Source of the DNA: a virus
Lineage: Duplodnaviria > Caudoviricetes
Length of the DNA stretch: 64,000 nt
Direction: 5' to 3' (one strand)
Virus record (IMG/VR): IMGVR_UViG_3300032240_000688
Span: 2,199-66,198 of that record
The first letter of the stretch is position 1. Every line of letters starts with the position of its first letter. The position numbers and the translations under genes are program-made. The notes beneath the pieces are model-generated. The model worked only from the letters and a program-made list of their open reading frames with translations. It had not been told where the DNA came from and made no database searches. Below are positions 9,193 through 18,868 of the stretch, one piece after another.

Positions 9193-9737
9193 GCTTAAAA
9201 GAACTTACTTGGGATAATCATCAACGAGCAGAAGCCACACCATTCATGGAGGCTGTTTTTAAAAAACGCATGCCAACTGAACTGTGGGCTGATCTTATGT
9301 TTCAGAAGTCTTCAATATACAACACTATTGAAAACATTGCACGTCATGAAAAGCTAACACTGGACATGCTAGAGATAGAACGTAGCATCTTGCTTTATCT
9401 AGATGCCAAAGAGTTAGCAGGCGCCCAATTACCAAAGATGCGTCCAGTAACAGCACAATACTGTTATTATCTTTTAGGTCTAATTGGACACCCAGAACGT
9501 ATCATGGCCCATCTTTATGTATGGCACATGGGTGACCTATTTGGCGGACAGATGATCAAGAAGATCATGCCTGGCCCGCATCGTAATCTAGAGTTTGACA
9601 ATCCAGATGAACTCAAAGTTAAGATCCGTAGTAAACTAAACGACAGCATGGCTGATGAAGCTAATGTAGCCTTTGAGTGGGCAATTAAACTAATGGAAAC
9701 CTATACAGATGAGCTTGATCTGGAATACATTGGTTGA
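9189..9737 (+). CDS. Biliverdin-producing heme oxygenase
   Basis: LKELTWDNHQRAE (proximal His), AHLYVWHMGDLFGGQMI, EANVAF. Confidence 0.9.
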   Translation: MSLKELTWDNHQRAEATPFMEAVFKKRMPTELWADLMFQKSSIYNTIENIARHEKLTLDMLEIERSILLYLDAKELAGAQLPKMRPVTAQYCYYLLGLIGHPERIMAHLYVWHMGDLFGGQMIKKIMPGPHRNLEFDNPDELKVKIRSKLNDSMADEANVAFEWAIKLMETYTDELDLEYIG

Positions 9738-10383
9738 CATTCAACAGGCCTTTGAAAATCGATTCAACAACACCGGCACAGAAATACAAGAGCCTGGTCT
9801 AGAAAGATTCAACTGGTACAACAAGGTTTGGACCAGTGACCATTATCGCAGAGCGCACATTGATGTAGTAGATGCTAGAGAAACAAAAGGTCTCTGGATG
9901 ATGCATTGCTGTGTATTCCCCCATACAAATAACTCTGCTCCTATCTTTGGTTACGATGTTATAGCTGGTAAAAATAAAATAACAGGTTGCTTTCACGACT
10001 TTAGTCCTATAGTCAAAGATCATCCTCTACTAGACGAGTTCCACGAAAGCGTTAAAGGGCTAGAATGGAAACGCACTAGAGAACTACCTGAGTGGGCAGA
10101 ACTGATATTCAGCGGCAACATGATAGCGGCCAGTAATGTCAAAGAAGAACAAGAACTTGATCAAATCAAAACAGTGGTCTTAGACAATCTAGATTTATAT
10201 CTATCTCGTGTTGCTGAGACAAACGGTCAAGTTGAAAATGTTACAGAACAGCAGAACTATTACTGCGCCAACCAACAGCGAAATCCCCACACACCTAAGG
10301 TAATGACCAGCTTGGGGTTGAACGAGGAAGACGTTCGTGTGTTCATACAAGAATGTCTATTTCCCAAGATAGGAGGCCAGTGA
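9709..10383 (+). CDS. Ferredoxin-dependent bilin reductase, PcyX-like (copy 1)
   Basis: RRAHID..MMHCCVFP..APIFGYD..FHDFSP..RELPEWA.IFS..YCANQQRNPHT. Confidence 0.85.
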   Translation: MSLIWNTLVDIQQAFENRFNNTGTEIQEPGLERFNWYNKVWTSDHYRRAHIDVVDARETKGLWMMHCCVFPHTNNSAPIFGYDVIAGKNKITGCFHDFSPIVKDHPLLDEFHESVKGLEWKRTRELPEWAELIFSGNMIAASNVKEEQELDQIKTVVLDNLDLYLSRVAETNGQVENVTEQQNYYCANQQRNPHTPKVMTSLGLNEEDVRVFIQECLFPKIGGQ

Positions 10384-11054
10384 TGAGCCTAGTATGGGAT
10401 AAGATTGAAGCACTGGCTAAACATTTTGAGCAAGAGTTTAATCGTACAGGTACTGCAATAGAAGGTACACTCAATAATGATTACGAATGGCATAACCAGT
10501 TATGGACCAGTGACAACTATCGCAGAGCCCACCTAGAAGTTGTTGATCATAGAGAAAGCCACAAGCTCTATATAGTTCACTGTACGGTGTTCCCACATTT
10601 TAACGATCCCAGTCCTATTTGGGGGTTTGATGCTGTCTGCGGCAAGAACAAGATCACAGGAGCCTTCCATGATTTTAGCATCAGCGGAGATCCCACCAGC
10701 CCTATGTATCTTTGGTTTAAAGCCCAAGTAAATGGCCTAGAGTGGAATAAACCTAGAGAGCTACCTGAATGGGCTCAACACATATTCAGTCCTGCAATGG
10801 TTGCCGCGGGTAATTTACAGGAAATAGATGAAATAGATCAGCTATGCAATACTGCTAAAACTACTTTAGATTTTTATCTTAAAACTGTAGGGATTGATCA
10901 GCAGAGCGGATTTAACTTCCATATGGCGCAGAACAAGTACTGTTACTGGCAAAAGCAGAATCCGCACGTAATACGTAGCATGGTCAGTATGGGCATAGAT
11001 GAAGCTAAAATGAAGCGATTCGTAGATGAAGTTCTGTTCCCGGAGTTCTACTAA
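10383..11054 (+). CDS. Ferredoxin-dependent bilin reductase, PcyA/PcyX-like (copy 2)
   Basis: RRAHLE..VHCTVFP..PIWGFD..FHDFS..RELPEWA.IFS..YCYWQKQNPH; paralog of the preceding gene. Confidence 0.85.
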   Translation: MSLVWDKIEALAKHFEQEFNRTGTAIEGTLNNDYEWHNQLWTSDNYRRAHLEVVDHRESHKLYIVHCTVFPHFNDPSPIWGFDAVCGKNKITGAFHDFSISGDPTSPMYLWFKAQVNGLEWNKPRELPEWAQHIFSPAMVAAGNLQEIDEIDQLCNTAKTTLDFYLKTVGIDQQSGFNFHMAQNKYCYWQKQNPHVIRSMVSMGIDEAKMKRFVDEVLFPEFY

Positions 11055-11062
11055 ATAGTGCT

Positions 11063-12202
11063 ATGCGAGCAAAAGAATTTTTATCCGAAAAAGCAGATCC
11101 AAATGTAAATTCTAAGTTACAGTTCATACGGTCTAAAATAGATGCTGGGGAACTAACTGATCCGAAAACTGTTGACTATATCTATAAGATTATTCAAAAG
11201 CCAGAACTACAGGCCGCTATCAGTTCTTACTTAGGAACGGTGCAATCTAATGACGCAGACGTAGCGGCATTCCAAAAACGTAATAATGACATGTTAGCGG
11301 ATATTATTCGCAAACTTCCTGTGCAAAAGGAAAAGCTAGATCAATTTATCAAACGTTGGGCAAGTGGAAAAGGCTTTGTAAATGTTGATTTATTAGTGTC
11401 CGGAAATAAGGGCACATTACAACAATTAATACCAGATCCAACAGCTTTTATTGCCTTTGAAACTTTTGAAAAAATACGTTCTCAAGTTAGCCTACATAAA
11501 AAAGGCACAGCAGGTTACGGTGAATTCGGTATGGCCATGCTCAGCCCTTTGGTATCATTAAAAGCTCCTGGTGATATTCAGGTGAATGGACAACCAATAG
11601 AAGTTAAAGGTAATGATGCCCGACTATACGCAGATGAAAGAGCAGGCCTTGAGGAAGATTTAGATGAAGCTCCTAAGCCTATACAATCCCCGGGCCTAGC
11701 AAAAAATAATGTTCGACAACCTAATCAGCTAAATCAAAATCCTAATCCTTTACAAAAACCTACTGCTAAACTCCAACAGCAGGTTCCGGCAGAAAAAACA
11801 GTCAAGCGAGGAGCTTCTCCGGGGGCATTGAATAATGTATTAGCAGGTATTCTAAATAATGATCCTGATACTATCTCTAATGTAACTGATGCATTCAGTA
11901 GCAGAGGAGTAAAAAATGCCCAAAAAATTATTAAGACAATACAGAAGCAGGGCGAAGAAGGATTAGAGACACTTAAGATCGAATGGTGGAAGGCTGGTTT
12001 TAATTCATATTATCAAGCCATTAAGATGCCTATTATGGTAATTGGGTTTGGCCAATTCCTTATCAGCGACAGTCCCGACGATTTTATTTCCTGGGGATGT
12101 TTGCCTAGATCTATTACAAATTACGGATATATGTTTGGCAGACAGGTAGGACAAAGTCGAGAAACTTATCCAAAAATATTTGTTCCGGGCCACAACAAAT
12201 AA
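11063..12202 (+). CDS. Hypothetical protein with possible PD-(D/E)xK nuclease-like motif
   Basis: TAAATA upstream; GEFG...PGDIQVNGQPIEVKG; Pro/Gln-rich linker. Confidence 0.5.
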   Translation: MRAKEFLSEKADPNVNSKLQFIRSKIDAGELTDPKTVDYIYKIIQKPELQAAISSYLGTVQSNDADVAAFQKRNNDMLADIIRKLPVQKEKLDQFIKRWASGKGFVNVDLLVSGNKGTLQQLIPDPTAFIAFETFEKIRSQVSLHKKGTAGYGEFGMAMLSPLVSLKAPGDIQVNGQPIEVKGNDARLYADERAGLEEDLDEAPKPIQSPGLAKNNVRQPNQLNQNPNPLQKPTAKLQQQVPAEKTVKRGASPGALNNVLAGILNNDPDTISNVTDAFSSRGVKNAQKIIKTIQKQGEEGLETLKIEWWKAGFNSYYQAIKMPIMVIGFGQFLISDSPDDFISWGCLPRSITNYGYMFGRQVGQSRETYPKIFVPGHNK

Positions 12203-12283
12203 TAGCTTATTTGTAATATCAATAAACACCCACTAAATTCCCCTTTCTCTCCCGTTAAATATTAATAACCGGGGGGGAGCCTG

Positions 12284-12757
12284 ATGAAATACATCATCAA
12301 GGCATTAGTAGGCACTACCTTAATCGTAGTACTTAATTCAAATGCCGCACCATTAGCAGATTATACATTTAAAAGCCCGGCCTTTAACGGCTCTGGTTAC
12401 AGTTCTCACGTACTAACAATAGAAAACCAAGAATACACACGACAGAAAGCTGTTCGTGATCAAATACAGGCGGCCCTAGATAAAGCTAAATCTGATGCCG
12501 CTAATACCAATATGTCTAAGTTCTTAAGCAATTTAGAATCACGTATATATGCACAAGTTAGCCAAAATTTAGCCGCGGCAATGTTTAAGGATGGTGGCAG
12601 TACAGAAGGTCGCTTTGTTATGACCAAAGACTCAAATGGCAATCCATTGACGTATATGGATTGGTACAAAAGCCTAGAAGGTATAGTTGTCACTGTAAAT
12701 CAGCCAGGACAGCCGCCAACAACAATCACTGTGCCACTTGGCCAGTTCCAGTTTTAA
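12284..12757 (+). CDS. csgF: Curli assembly protein CsgF-like
   Basis: Signal peptide then YTFKSPAFNG; FLSNLESRIYAQVS; TTITVP at C-terminus. Confidence 0.8.
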   Translation: MKYIIKALVGTTLIVVLNSNAAPLADYTFKSPAFNGSGYSSHVLTIENQEYTRQKAVRDQIQAALDKAKSDAANTNMSKFLSNLESRIYAQVSQNLAAAMFKDGGSTEGRFVMTKDSNGNPLTYMDWYKSLEGIVVTVNQPGQPPTTITVPLGQFQF

Positions 12758-12766
12758 AGGTAGAGC

Positions 12767-13984
12767 ATGAAAAAAAATCTAATAGCTCTTTCAATACTTT
12801 TAGCATTAAGTGGTTGTGCTGTAATACAAAGTTCAGGATTGAGTGAGACTGAACCAGAAGTAACAACACAGATGAAGAATGTCAAAAAAGAATTTGATTC
12901 TATTCCAGGCCCTGCTGTTGGTAAACAAGTTAGTGTTGCAGTTTATAGTTTTGCAGACAAGACAGGACAACGCCGCCCACAGGCCAACGTAGCAAGTTTA
13001 TCAACTGCCGTTACACAAGGCGCCGAAACATTCCTAATACAGGCTCTACAAAATGTAGGTCAAGGTCGATGGTTCGAAGTTGTTGAACGTGTAGGCATTG
13101 ATAATCTAACTAAAGAACGTCTAATCATCCGTCAGATGCGTGAAGCTTATGAAGGTTCAAATGCCAAACCTCTTATGCCAATGCAGTTTGCAGGCATGAT
13201 CATCGAAGGTGGTATCGTAGGTTACGATTCTAGTACAACCAGCGGTGGCGCTGGTATGCGCATCTTTGGTATTGGAAAACAAACACAATGGTCAACTGAT
13301 ACTGTTACTGTAAGTTTGCGAGCAATCAGTGTAAACACAGGCAAAGTTTTAATGACAGTGGTTGTACAAAAAACTATCCTAAGTACAGCAGACTCTGCTA
13401 CTGCATTGAAATTCTTTGACCAAGCAACTCAAGCGTTTGAAGCTGAAGCAGGATTGACAATTAACGAGCCAGGCACCTATGCAGTTAAAGCCGCAACAGA
13501 AATGGCAGTTGTTGAATTAATAAAAGAAGGACAGCGTAAAGGTGTTTGGGATTACAAACAAGAAGCACCTAAACCTGCGCCAGTAGTTGTTCCAGAAATA
13601 AAGAAAGAAGAAGTCAAAGTAGAGGAGAAGAAAGATGTCGTGGTTCAACCGGAAGCCCAGCCCGAAACCAAAACAGAAACCTTACCCCCTGCCCCCGCAG
13701 AAGTAAAGGTTGAAGAAAAGAAAGTAGAAATACAAAAAGACAACGATAAACCAAATGAAAGCAAAATGGCACAAGTTACTGCAAGGCCGTTATTTGGTGA
13801 GAGGAAGCTACGAGAAGGATCGTACTTGTACGCTACTGAAAATGAAGCAGGTACGAAGAAATGGTGGTTTCCCAAAGGTAGCATAGTAAGTGTAAGACAA
13901 CCTGGAAGTGAGGGTTGGTGGAGAGTAATGATAACAGACGGTACTGAGCGAGGTGGTTGGATTCGTTCTAGTCAGTTAGAATAA
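12767..13984 (+). CDS. csgG: Curli secretion channel CsgG/HfaB lipoprotein with C-terminal extension
   Basis: Lipobox LSGC, VAVYSFADKTGQR, STAVTQG, WFEVVER.G.DNL.KER.IIR, EGGIVGYD; low-complexity linker plus SH3-like tail. Confidence 0.9.
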   Translation: MKKNLIALSILLALSGCAVIQSSGLSETEPEVTTQMKNVKKEFDSIPGPAVGKQVSVAVYSFADKTGQRRPQANVASLSTAVTQGAETFLIQALQNVGQGRWFEVVERVGIDNLTKERLIIRQMREAYEGSNAKPLMPMQFAGMIIEGGIVGYDSSTTSGGAGMRIFGIGKQTQWSTDTVTVSLRAISVNTGKVLMTVVVQKTILSTADSATALKFFDQATQAFEAEAGLTINEPGTYAVKAATEMAVVELIKEGQRKGVWDYKQEAPKPAPVVVPEIKKEEVKVEEKKDVVVQPEAQPETKTETLPPAPAEVKVEEKKVEIQKDNDKPNESKMAQVTARPLFGERKLREGSYLYATENEAGTKKWWFPKGSIVSVRQPGSEGWWRVMITDGTERGGWIRSSQLE

Positions 13985-13986
13985 GG

Positions 13987-14034
13987 TGTTGGTTTTCCAA
14001 CATGTTGTTTTTTTAACATGTTGTAAAAATAACA
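13987..14034. repeat. Three tandem 16-bp palindromic operators TGTT-N8-AACA
   Basis: TGTTGGTTTTCCAACA, TGTTGTTTTTTTAACA, TGTTGTAAAAATAACA, directly before TATAAT at 14041. Confidence 0.8.
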
Positions 14035-14175
14035 GCATAGTATAATAGAGAGGTAAGAGTGTTTAAATAAAATAGCAGTACACTATATGGTCATTGACCA
14101 AGGAGCTAAATTGGGGTAGAACTAAGCGTTTGTAAACAATTACAAACAAGGTGTTGCAACTCAATTTATTAAAGT

Positions 14176-15027
14176 ATGAAAACAAGTATAAAAGGCGGTG
14201 GTAAGTTGTCGAGAAAATTACTTACAATTCTAATGACAGTTGGAATGCTGTCATCGGGTTCACTGTTAGCGGCTGATAACAGTATCTATATTGATCAATC
14301 TGGCGATTTCGCTAATGTCACGATTAACCAAGATGGTGCAGGTAACCAAGTACGGGGTTTGCAGGCTAACGGTGGTGATGACAAGACCATAGCTTCTGTA
14401 ATTAGGGGTAACGGTGTTAACGTAAACATTAATCAAGTCGGTGGTTCAAACAAACTAGATTTGGGCATCAATGCTATCATGGCTGGAAATAAGAGTGTTG
14501 ATTTTACGTATTCTACTGTGAACGCAGGAAATTTGACAGGTAATAACAACACTGGTATATTCCAACTTGGTAATGGTAGTGCAACATTAGCCAACTCAAT
14601 CGTTAGCGTAGTTCAGGTTAACGGAAACAACTATGCCGAAGTTAGAATGCAAGGGTCCGACAATACATTAAATGCACTACAAAGTGGTGGTAACGCCAGT
14701 TTAATTTCTTCGGTTAATGCCAGTGGAACTAATCAACAGATTACAACTGCCGGTGGTACTGGTAACTCAGTTAGTACAACATTAACTGGGCAAAACGGCC
14801 AGGTGTATGTCAATGTAATGGGCGCATCTAATACCGTTGCTATTGCACAAGATGGTACAGGTGGTCTGACTGGTCATCAAGCAACTATGGATATTAATGG
14901 TACAGGCAACTCAGTAAATCTAGCACAGGCAGGATCGCCAGCGGCTAACGTTTTTAACTTGCGAGTTGGTAGCGCAGGATCTGCGGCAAGTACTAATACC
15001 TATAACATAACACAGACAACACGATAA
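14176..15027 (+). CDS. Secreted curlin-repeat protein
   Basis: Signal peptide; repeated I-x-Q-x-G-x-x-N units; Asn/Gly/Gln rich. Confidence 0.75.
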   Translation: MKTSIKGGGKLSRKLLTILMTVGMLSSGSLLAADNSIYIDQSGDFANVTINQDGAGNQVRGLQANGGDDKTIASVIRGNGVNVNINQVGGSNKLDLGINAIMAGNKSVDFTYSTVNAGNLTGNNNTGIFQLGNGSATLANSIVSVVQVNGNNYAEVRMQGSDNTLNALQSGGNASLISSVNASGTNQQITTAGGTGNSVSTTLTGQNGQVYVNVMGASNTVAIAQDGTGGLTGHQATMDINGTGNSVNLAQAGSPAANVFNLRVGSAGSAASTNTYNITQTTR

Positions 15028-15028
15028 T

Positions 15029-16132
15029 ATGAATTTTCGCACAGCAATATTGTTATGGTTGCTGAGTATTACGTACAGTTACGGTGCCGTCGGCACTGTG
15101 ACTGAACAAGTCAACACACCAGCCAGCATACAAAGAGACAAACAAACACTCACGGGCAACAAAGGCACGGGGGTGGAGATGAACGATTCAATCAGAACAC
15201 AAGCAGGTAAGGTAGGAATAACATTCCAAGATGACACACGAGTACAGGTTAACGAAAACAGTAAACTTGTAATTGACGATTTTGTATATGACCCAAAAAG
15301 TAAAAGCGGTAAACTAAGCGCCAAGATGGCACTTGGTACCGTTCGTTATGCCAGCGGACAGATTGCAAAAAATTCACCACAAAATGTAGCACTGAATACA
15401 CCAACAGCAACTATTAGTGTGCGTGGTACAGACTTTACAGCGTCAGTGGACGAGCTAGGACAATCAACAGTTATATTATTGCCTAGCTGTCCTACTGATC
15501 GACGCACAAGATCAATTAAAGACATTGAATCAACTTGCCACACAGGTGAGATCAGTGTAGAAACAGATGCAGGTATTGTTATACTTAATCAACCTTTTCA
15601 AGCTACAAAAGTAAACAGCAGAAGTGCGCCCCCAAGTAAGCCAGTTGTGCTCAATCTTAGCGAGAATGCAATTGAAAGTTTGTTATTGTCTACTCCAGAA
15701 GAAATGAAAGGAAACAAACAAGATCAGCGACAGACTATGCGTGGTGCTTTAGACGTTGACTTTTTAAAAGAGCAAGGGCTCACTAATGCACTTGATGATA
15801 GTTCTAAACAGTTCTTCCAGGACAAGCTCAGTCGTAATTTTTTAGACAGCAATTTCCTTGGCAATATGTTTGATATGGTAGGCAACGGACTTGATGCTAA
15901 ATTCTTAGAAGAAGTTGACAGCATGTTACCTGACTATAAAAAGTCTAGTGGCATCATCGTAACCAAAGACGATCCGACTATTACTCTATGTCGTGATAAC
16001 GGCAGTGACATACAATGTGCAACAACACCCATGACACAGAACTCGACCCTGTATATGACGCAGAATAATATTGAGTTTAAAAATCGTGTCAACCAGGGCG
16101 GCAACACTATTATTACACTAACACAAAAATAA
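15029..16132 (+). CDS. FecR-domain periplasmic protein
   Basis: ITFQDDTRVQVNENSKLVID, GTVRYASG, TPTATISVRGTDF. Confidence 0.85.
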   Translation: MNFRTAILLWLLSITYSYGAVGTVTEQVNTPASIQRDKQTLTGNKGTGVEMNDSIRTQAGKVGITFQDDTRVQVNENSKLVIDDFVYDPKSKSGKLSAKMALGTVRYASGQIAKNSPQNVALNTPTATISVRGTDFTASVDELGQSTVILLPSCPTDRRTRSIKDIESTCHTGEISVETDAGIVILNQPFQATKVNSRSAPPSKPVVLNLSENAIESLLLSTPEEMKGNKQDQRQTMRGALDVDFLKEQGLTNALDDSSKQFFQDKLSRNFLDSNFLGNMFDMVGNGLDAKFLEEVDSMLPDYKKSSGIIVTKDDPTITLCRDNGSDIQCATTPMTQNSTLYMTQNNIEFKNRVNQGGNTIITLTQK

Positions 16133-17502
16133 TGAAAGCAATAATTCTATTCTTTACAATATTAGTTGCAGGATTTGGCTCATGTAGTAATGCTCGTGCT
16201 GTGGGTTTGGCTGATTTAAAATTCGGACAATATCAGATAGCCGACAGTCAATGGAATGTTCAGGCATGTACACAAACACCAACCTGTCAAATATACAGTA
16301 AGAATCCAGGAACAGCTTATAAGATACCTTGGTGGAGTGGACAATTAAATTGGGCCGCAGGAGACTATGTTGCGTTTGTACTAACTGGTGATGCCACTAA
16401 CCCATGGAACGCAATTCAATATACTTCTAACGGAACACAGAAAGCAGTAATGGGCACTGGACATATTATTAACATGGGCTCGGACTATTTCTTCTTTGTG
16501 GGTAATGATAATGATACCGGACAACTGTTCAGTATGACCAGCGGATTCAGCGATAACAATGGGGTATCGTGGACTGGAACATTAAATCCAACTACAACAG
16601 AAGTTAATACCTACGCCTCTGGCGGAAGTACAGCACCATTGAGTCCTGGACAAACATATAGTGGCTCGTCTGCTAATACTTCTAGTCCTAGTCAGCCCTC
16701 TGCACCATCATATCCTGCGTATGTTACTATTGGAAGTGGTACTCCTGGAACTATGGAATTTGGGTCTAGCGCCGGTCCAAGATTACCGCAACAAACCAAC
16801 ATTGATGTTTGGACCAATCGTACAGTCACAGATGGCAATCAAATCTATATCCAACAGGTCAGCGGAAATAACAACACCGTTACTATGAATCAAGAAGGTA
16901 ATAAGAATTTAATCAGATCTAGAATAGAAGGTAATACTAATTCTATCACAGTCAATCAAGGTGTGCAAGGAATTGGACAGAACGAGATTAAAACTAACAC
17001 AGTTGGAGACAATAATACGCTTAATTTAAATCAAGCACGAACAACACAGGGAATGGCCATAGGCACTAACGGACACTATCAAGCAGTGGACATCAACGGC
17101 TCTTACAACACACTGACCACACAGCAAAGCAACAGCGGAGGCGTTGGTGGCCAATATATGGAAACAACTATTAGCGGTAATCAAAATAGTGTTACTGCTC
17201 GACAAACTGATAATGGTAACAAAATAATGTTTACCACAATCGCAGGTAACAACAATACTGTAGAGGCTGTACAAAAAGGTACAGGACAGCATTACTTAGA
17301 AAGTAAATTAACTGGCAATGGCAATAGTGTTAGTGCAGTACAAGAAGGAAATCTTGCTAACCGTGCTACATTAGATCTAACCAATGCCGGAGGTCCGGCC
17401 AGTGTGATATTACAACAGAATGGCGGACAGAACGTAAGTGTTACTACAACATGTGCCACAGCAGGAGGCTGTGCGCCTATTACAGTAAGACAAGGATATT
17501 AA
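16132..17502 (+). CDS. Secreted protein with C-terminal curlin repeats
   Basis: Signal peptide; GNNNTV-x-x-x-Q repeats in the C-terminal half. Confidence 0.75.
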   Translation: MKAIILFFTILVAGFGSCSNARAVGLADLKFGQYQIADSQWNVQACTQTPTCQIYSKNPGTAYKIPWWSGQLNWAAGDYVAFVLTGDATNPWNAIQYTSNGTQKAVMGTGHIINMGSDYFFFVGNDNDTGQLFSMTSGFSDNNGVSWTGTLNPTTTEVNTYASGGSTAPLSPGQTYSGSSANTSSPSQPSAPSYPAYVTIGSGTPGTMEFGSSAGPRLPQQTNIDVWTNRTVTDGNQIYIQQVSGNNNTVTMNQEGNKNLIRSRIEGNTNSITVNQGVQGIGQNEIKTNTVGDNNTLNLNQARTTQGMAIGTNGHYQAVDINGSYNTLTTQQSNSGGVGGQYMETTISGNQNSVTARQTDNGNKIMFTTIAGNNNTVEAVQKGTGQHYLESKLTGNGNSVSAVQEGNLANRATLDLTNAGGPASVILQQNGGQNVSVTTTCATAGGCAPITVRQGY

Positions 17503-17658
17503 CATGTATTCAACACAACGACAAATAGACTATGAAAGACAAAGAAGACAAGAACGCGAAACAGAACAACGAACTAAACTCATACAGGGCATGATATTAG
17601 CACCTATTATGTTTTTAGGTTGGTTTCCTATATTATGGATAGTCGCAAAGATTTTTAA

Positions 17659-17856
17659 ATGATAGCAATCTTTAGTCTAGAGTTATACACTCCTGAATAT
17701 AAACAGTATGCAGATGAAGTAGGATTTTATGTACAGGACCTCGGCGGAGAGATTGCTGTACGCAGACATGATGTTGAATTTACTGTACCAATACAGCATC
17801 AGCTTTTTGTGTTGATAAAGTATCCATTCTTGAAAATGATACCATTAATTTATTAA
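17659..17856 (+). CDS. Hypothetical protein
   Basis: ORF in gene-dense co-oriented run. Confidence 0.5.
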   Translation: MIAIFSLELYTPEYKQYADEVGFYVQDLGGEIAVRRHDVEFTVPIQHQLFVLIKYPFLKMIPLIY

Positions 17857-17883
17857 TAAATACTTGTCAAGGAGGACAAAGCC

Positions 17884-18042
17884 ATGAAACAACAAAAGTT
17901 AATTCGTAAGTTGTACAAGGCCTGCTTCCGACACGATGAAGATGCAATTATGGATTTGCGTAAAGAAGAATTCCGTAAGATACTAAAGCACCGCGCCGAA
18001 GGTAAGCCATTTGATACAAAATGGACCGTGGTAAGGATTTAA
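17884..18042 (+). CDS. Small basic hypothetical protein (52 aa, [14 protein letters not shown]...)
   Basis: TAAATA motif and AAGGAGG RBS upstream; below ORF-track cutoff. Confidence 0.6.
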   Translation: MKQQKLIRKLYKACFRHDEDAIMDLRKEEFRKILKHRAEGKPFDTKWTVVRI

Positions 18043-18044
18043 GT

Positions 18045-18071
18045 TTGTAATACAACTGCAATCTTTGTAAC
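18045..18071 (+). promoter_or_regulatory. Pho-box-like direct repeats
   Basis: TTGTAAT-acaa-CTGCAAT (11-bp period) plus TTGTAAC, upstream of a PlcP-like gene. Confidence 0.45.
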
Positions 18072-18094
18072 ACAATGCTACGATAAATACTGCT

Positions 18095-18868
18095 ATGCAG
18101 AAAACTTATCGTAGCATTTTTATTTCTGACGTACACTTAGGCACACGAGACTGTCAAGCAGACAAGCTCAACAATTTCCTCAAACACAATACATGCGAAA
18201 CACTCTACATGGTAGGGGACATCATCGACGCATGGCGCATACAACAAAACAAATGGCGATGGAAACAAAGCCACACTAATGTAGTACGTAGAGTTATGGG
18301 GCACGCCAAACGTGGTACGCGAGTAATATATGTCGCAGGAAATCATGACGAATTCCTAAGACCCTTAATGCCTTACGGTATTAATTTTGGCAACATAGAA
18401 GTAGTTAATCAATTTGAACACATAGGTGCAGATGGTAAACACTATCTGGTCACACACGGCGACTTGTTTGATGGCATCACACGTTTGGCGCCATGGATCG
18501 CTTTCCTAGGAGACAAGGCCTACGATTTTATTCTTGCTCTTAATGGTAAGTTTAATTGGCTACGCCATCGTATGGGGTTTGGTTATTGGAGCCTTAGCAA
18601 ATATCTCAAAGGCAGAGTCAAGAAGGCAGTAGATTTTATATTTCAATTTGAAAAGAATCTAGCGGCATACTGTAAGAAGCGTGGCTTCGATGGTGTAATA
18701 TGTGGACATATACATCATGCAGAGATCAAGACCATAGATGGCATTATCTATATGAATGACGGAGACTGGGTAGAAAGCTGTACAGCACTTGTAGAATATC
18801 ATGATGGTACATGGGAAATCATAACATGGACAAAATCAAATGACAAAGACGATACTTATAGTAACTGA
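18095..18868 (+). CDS. PlcP-like phospholipase C / LpxH-like metallophosphoesterase
   Basis: YRSIFISDVHLG, VGDIID.W, GNHDE, HGDLFD, GVICGHIH, NDGDWVESCTALVE. Confidence 0.85.
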   Translation: MQKTYRSIFISDVHLGTRDCQADKLNNFLKHNTCETLYMVGDIIDAWRIQQNKWRWKQSHTNVVRRVMGHAKRGTRVIYVAGNHDEFLRPLMPYGINFGNIEVVNQFEHIGADGKHYLVTHGDLFDGITRLAPWIAFLGDKAYDFILALNGKFNWLRHRMGFGYWSLSKYLKGRVKKAVDFIFQFEKNLAAYCKKRGFDGVICGHIHHAEIKTIDGIIYMNDGDWVESCTALVEYHDGTWEIITWTKSNDKDDTYSN

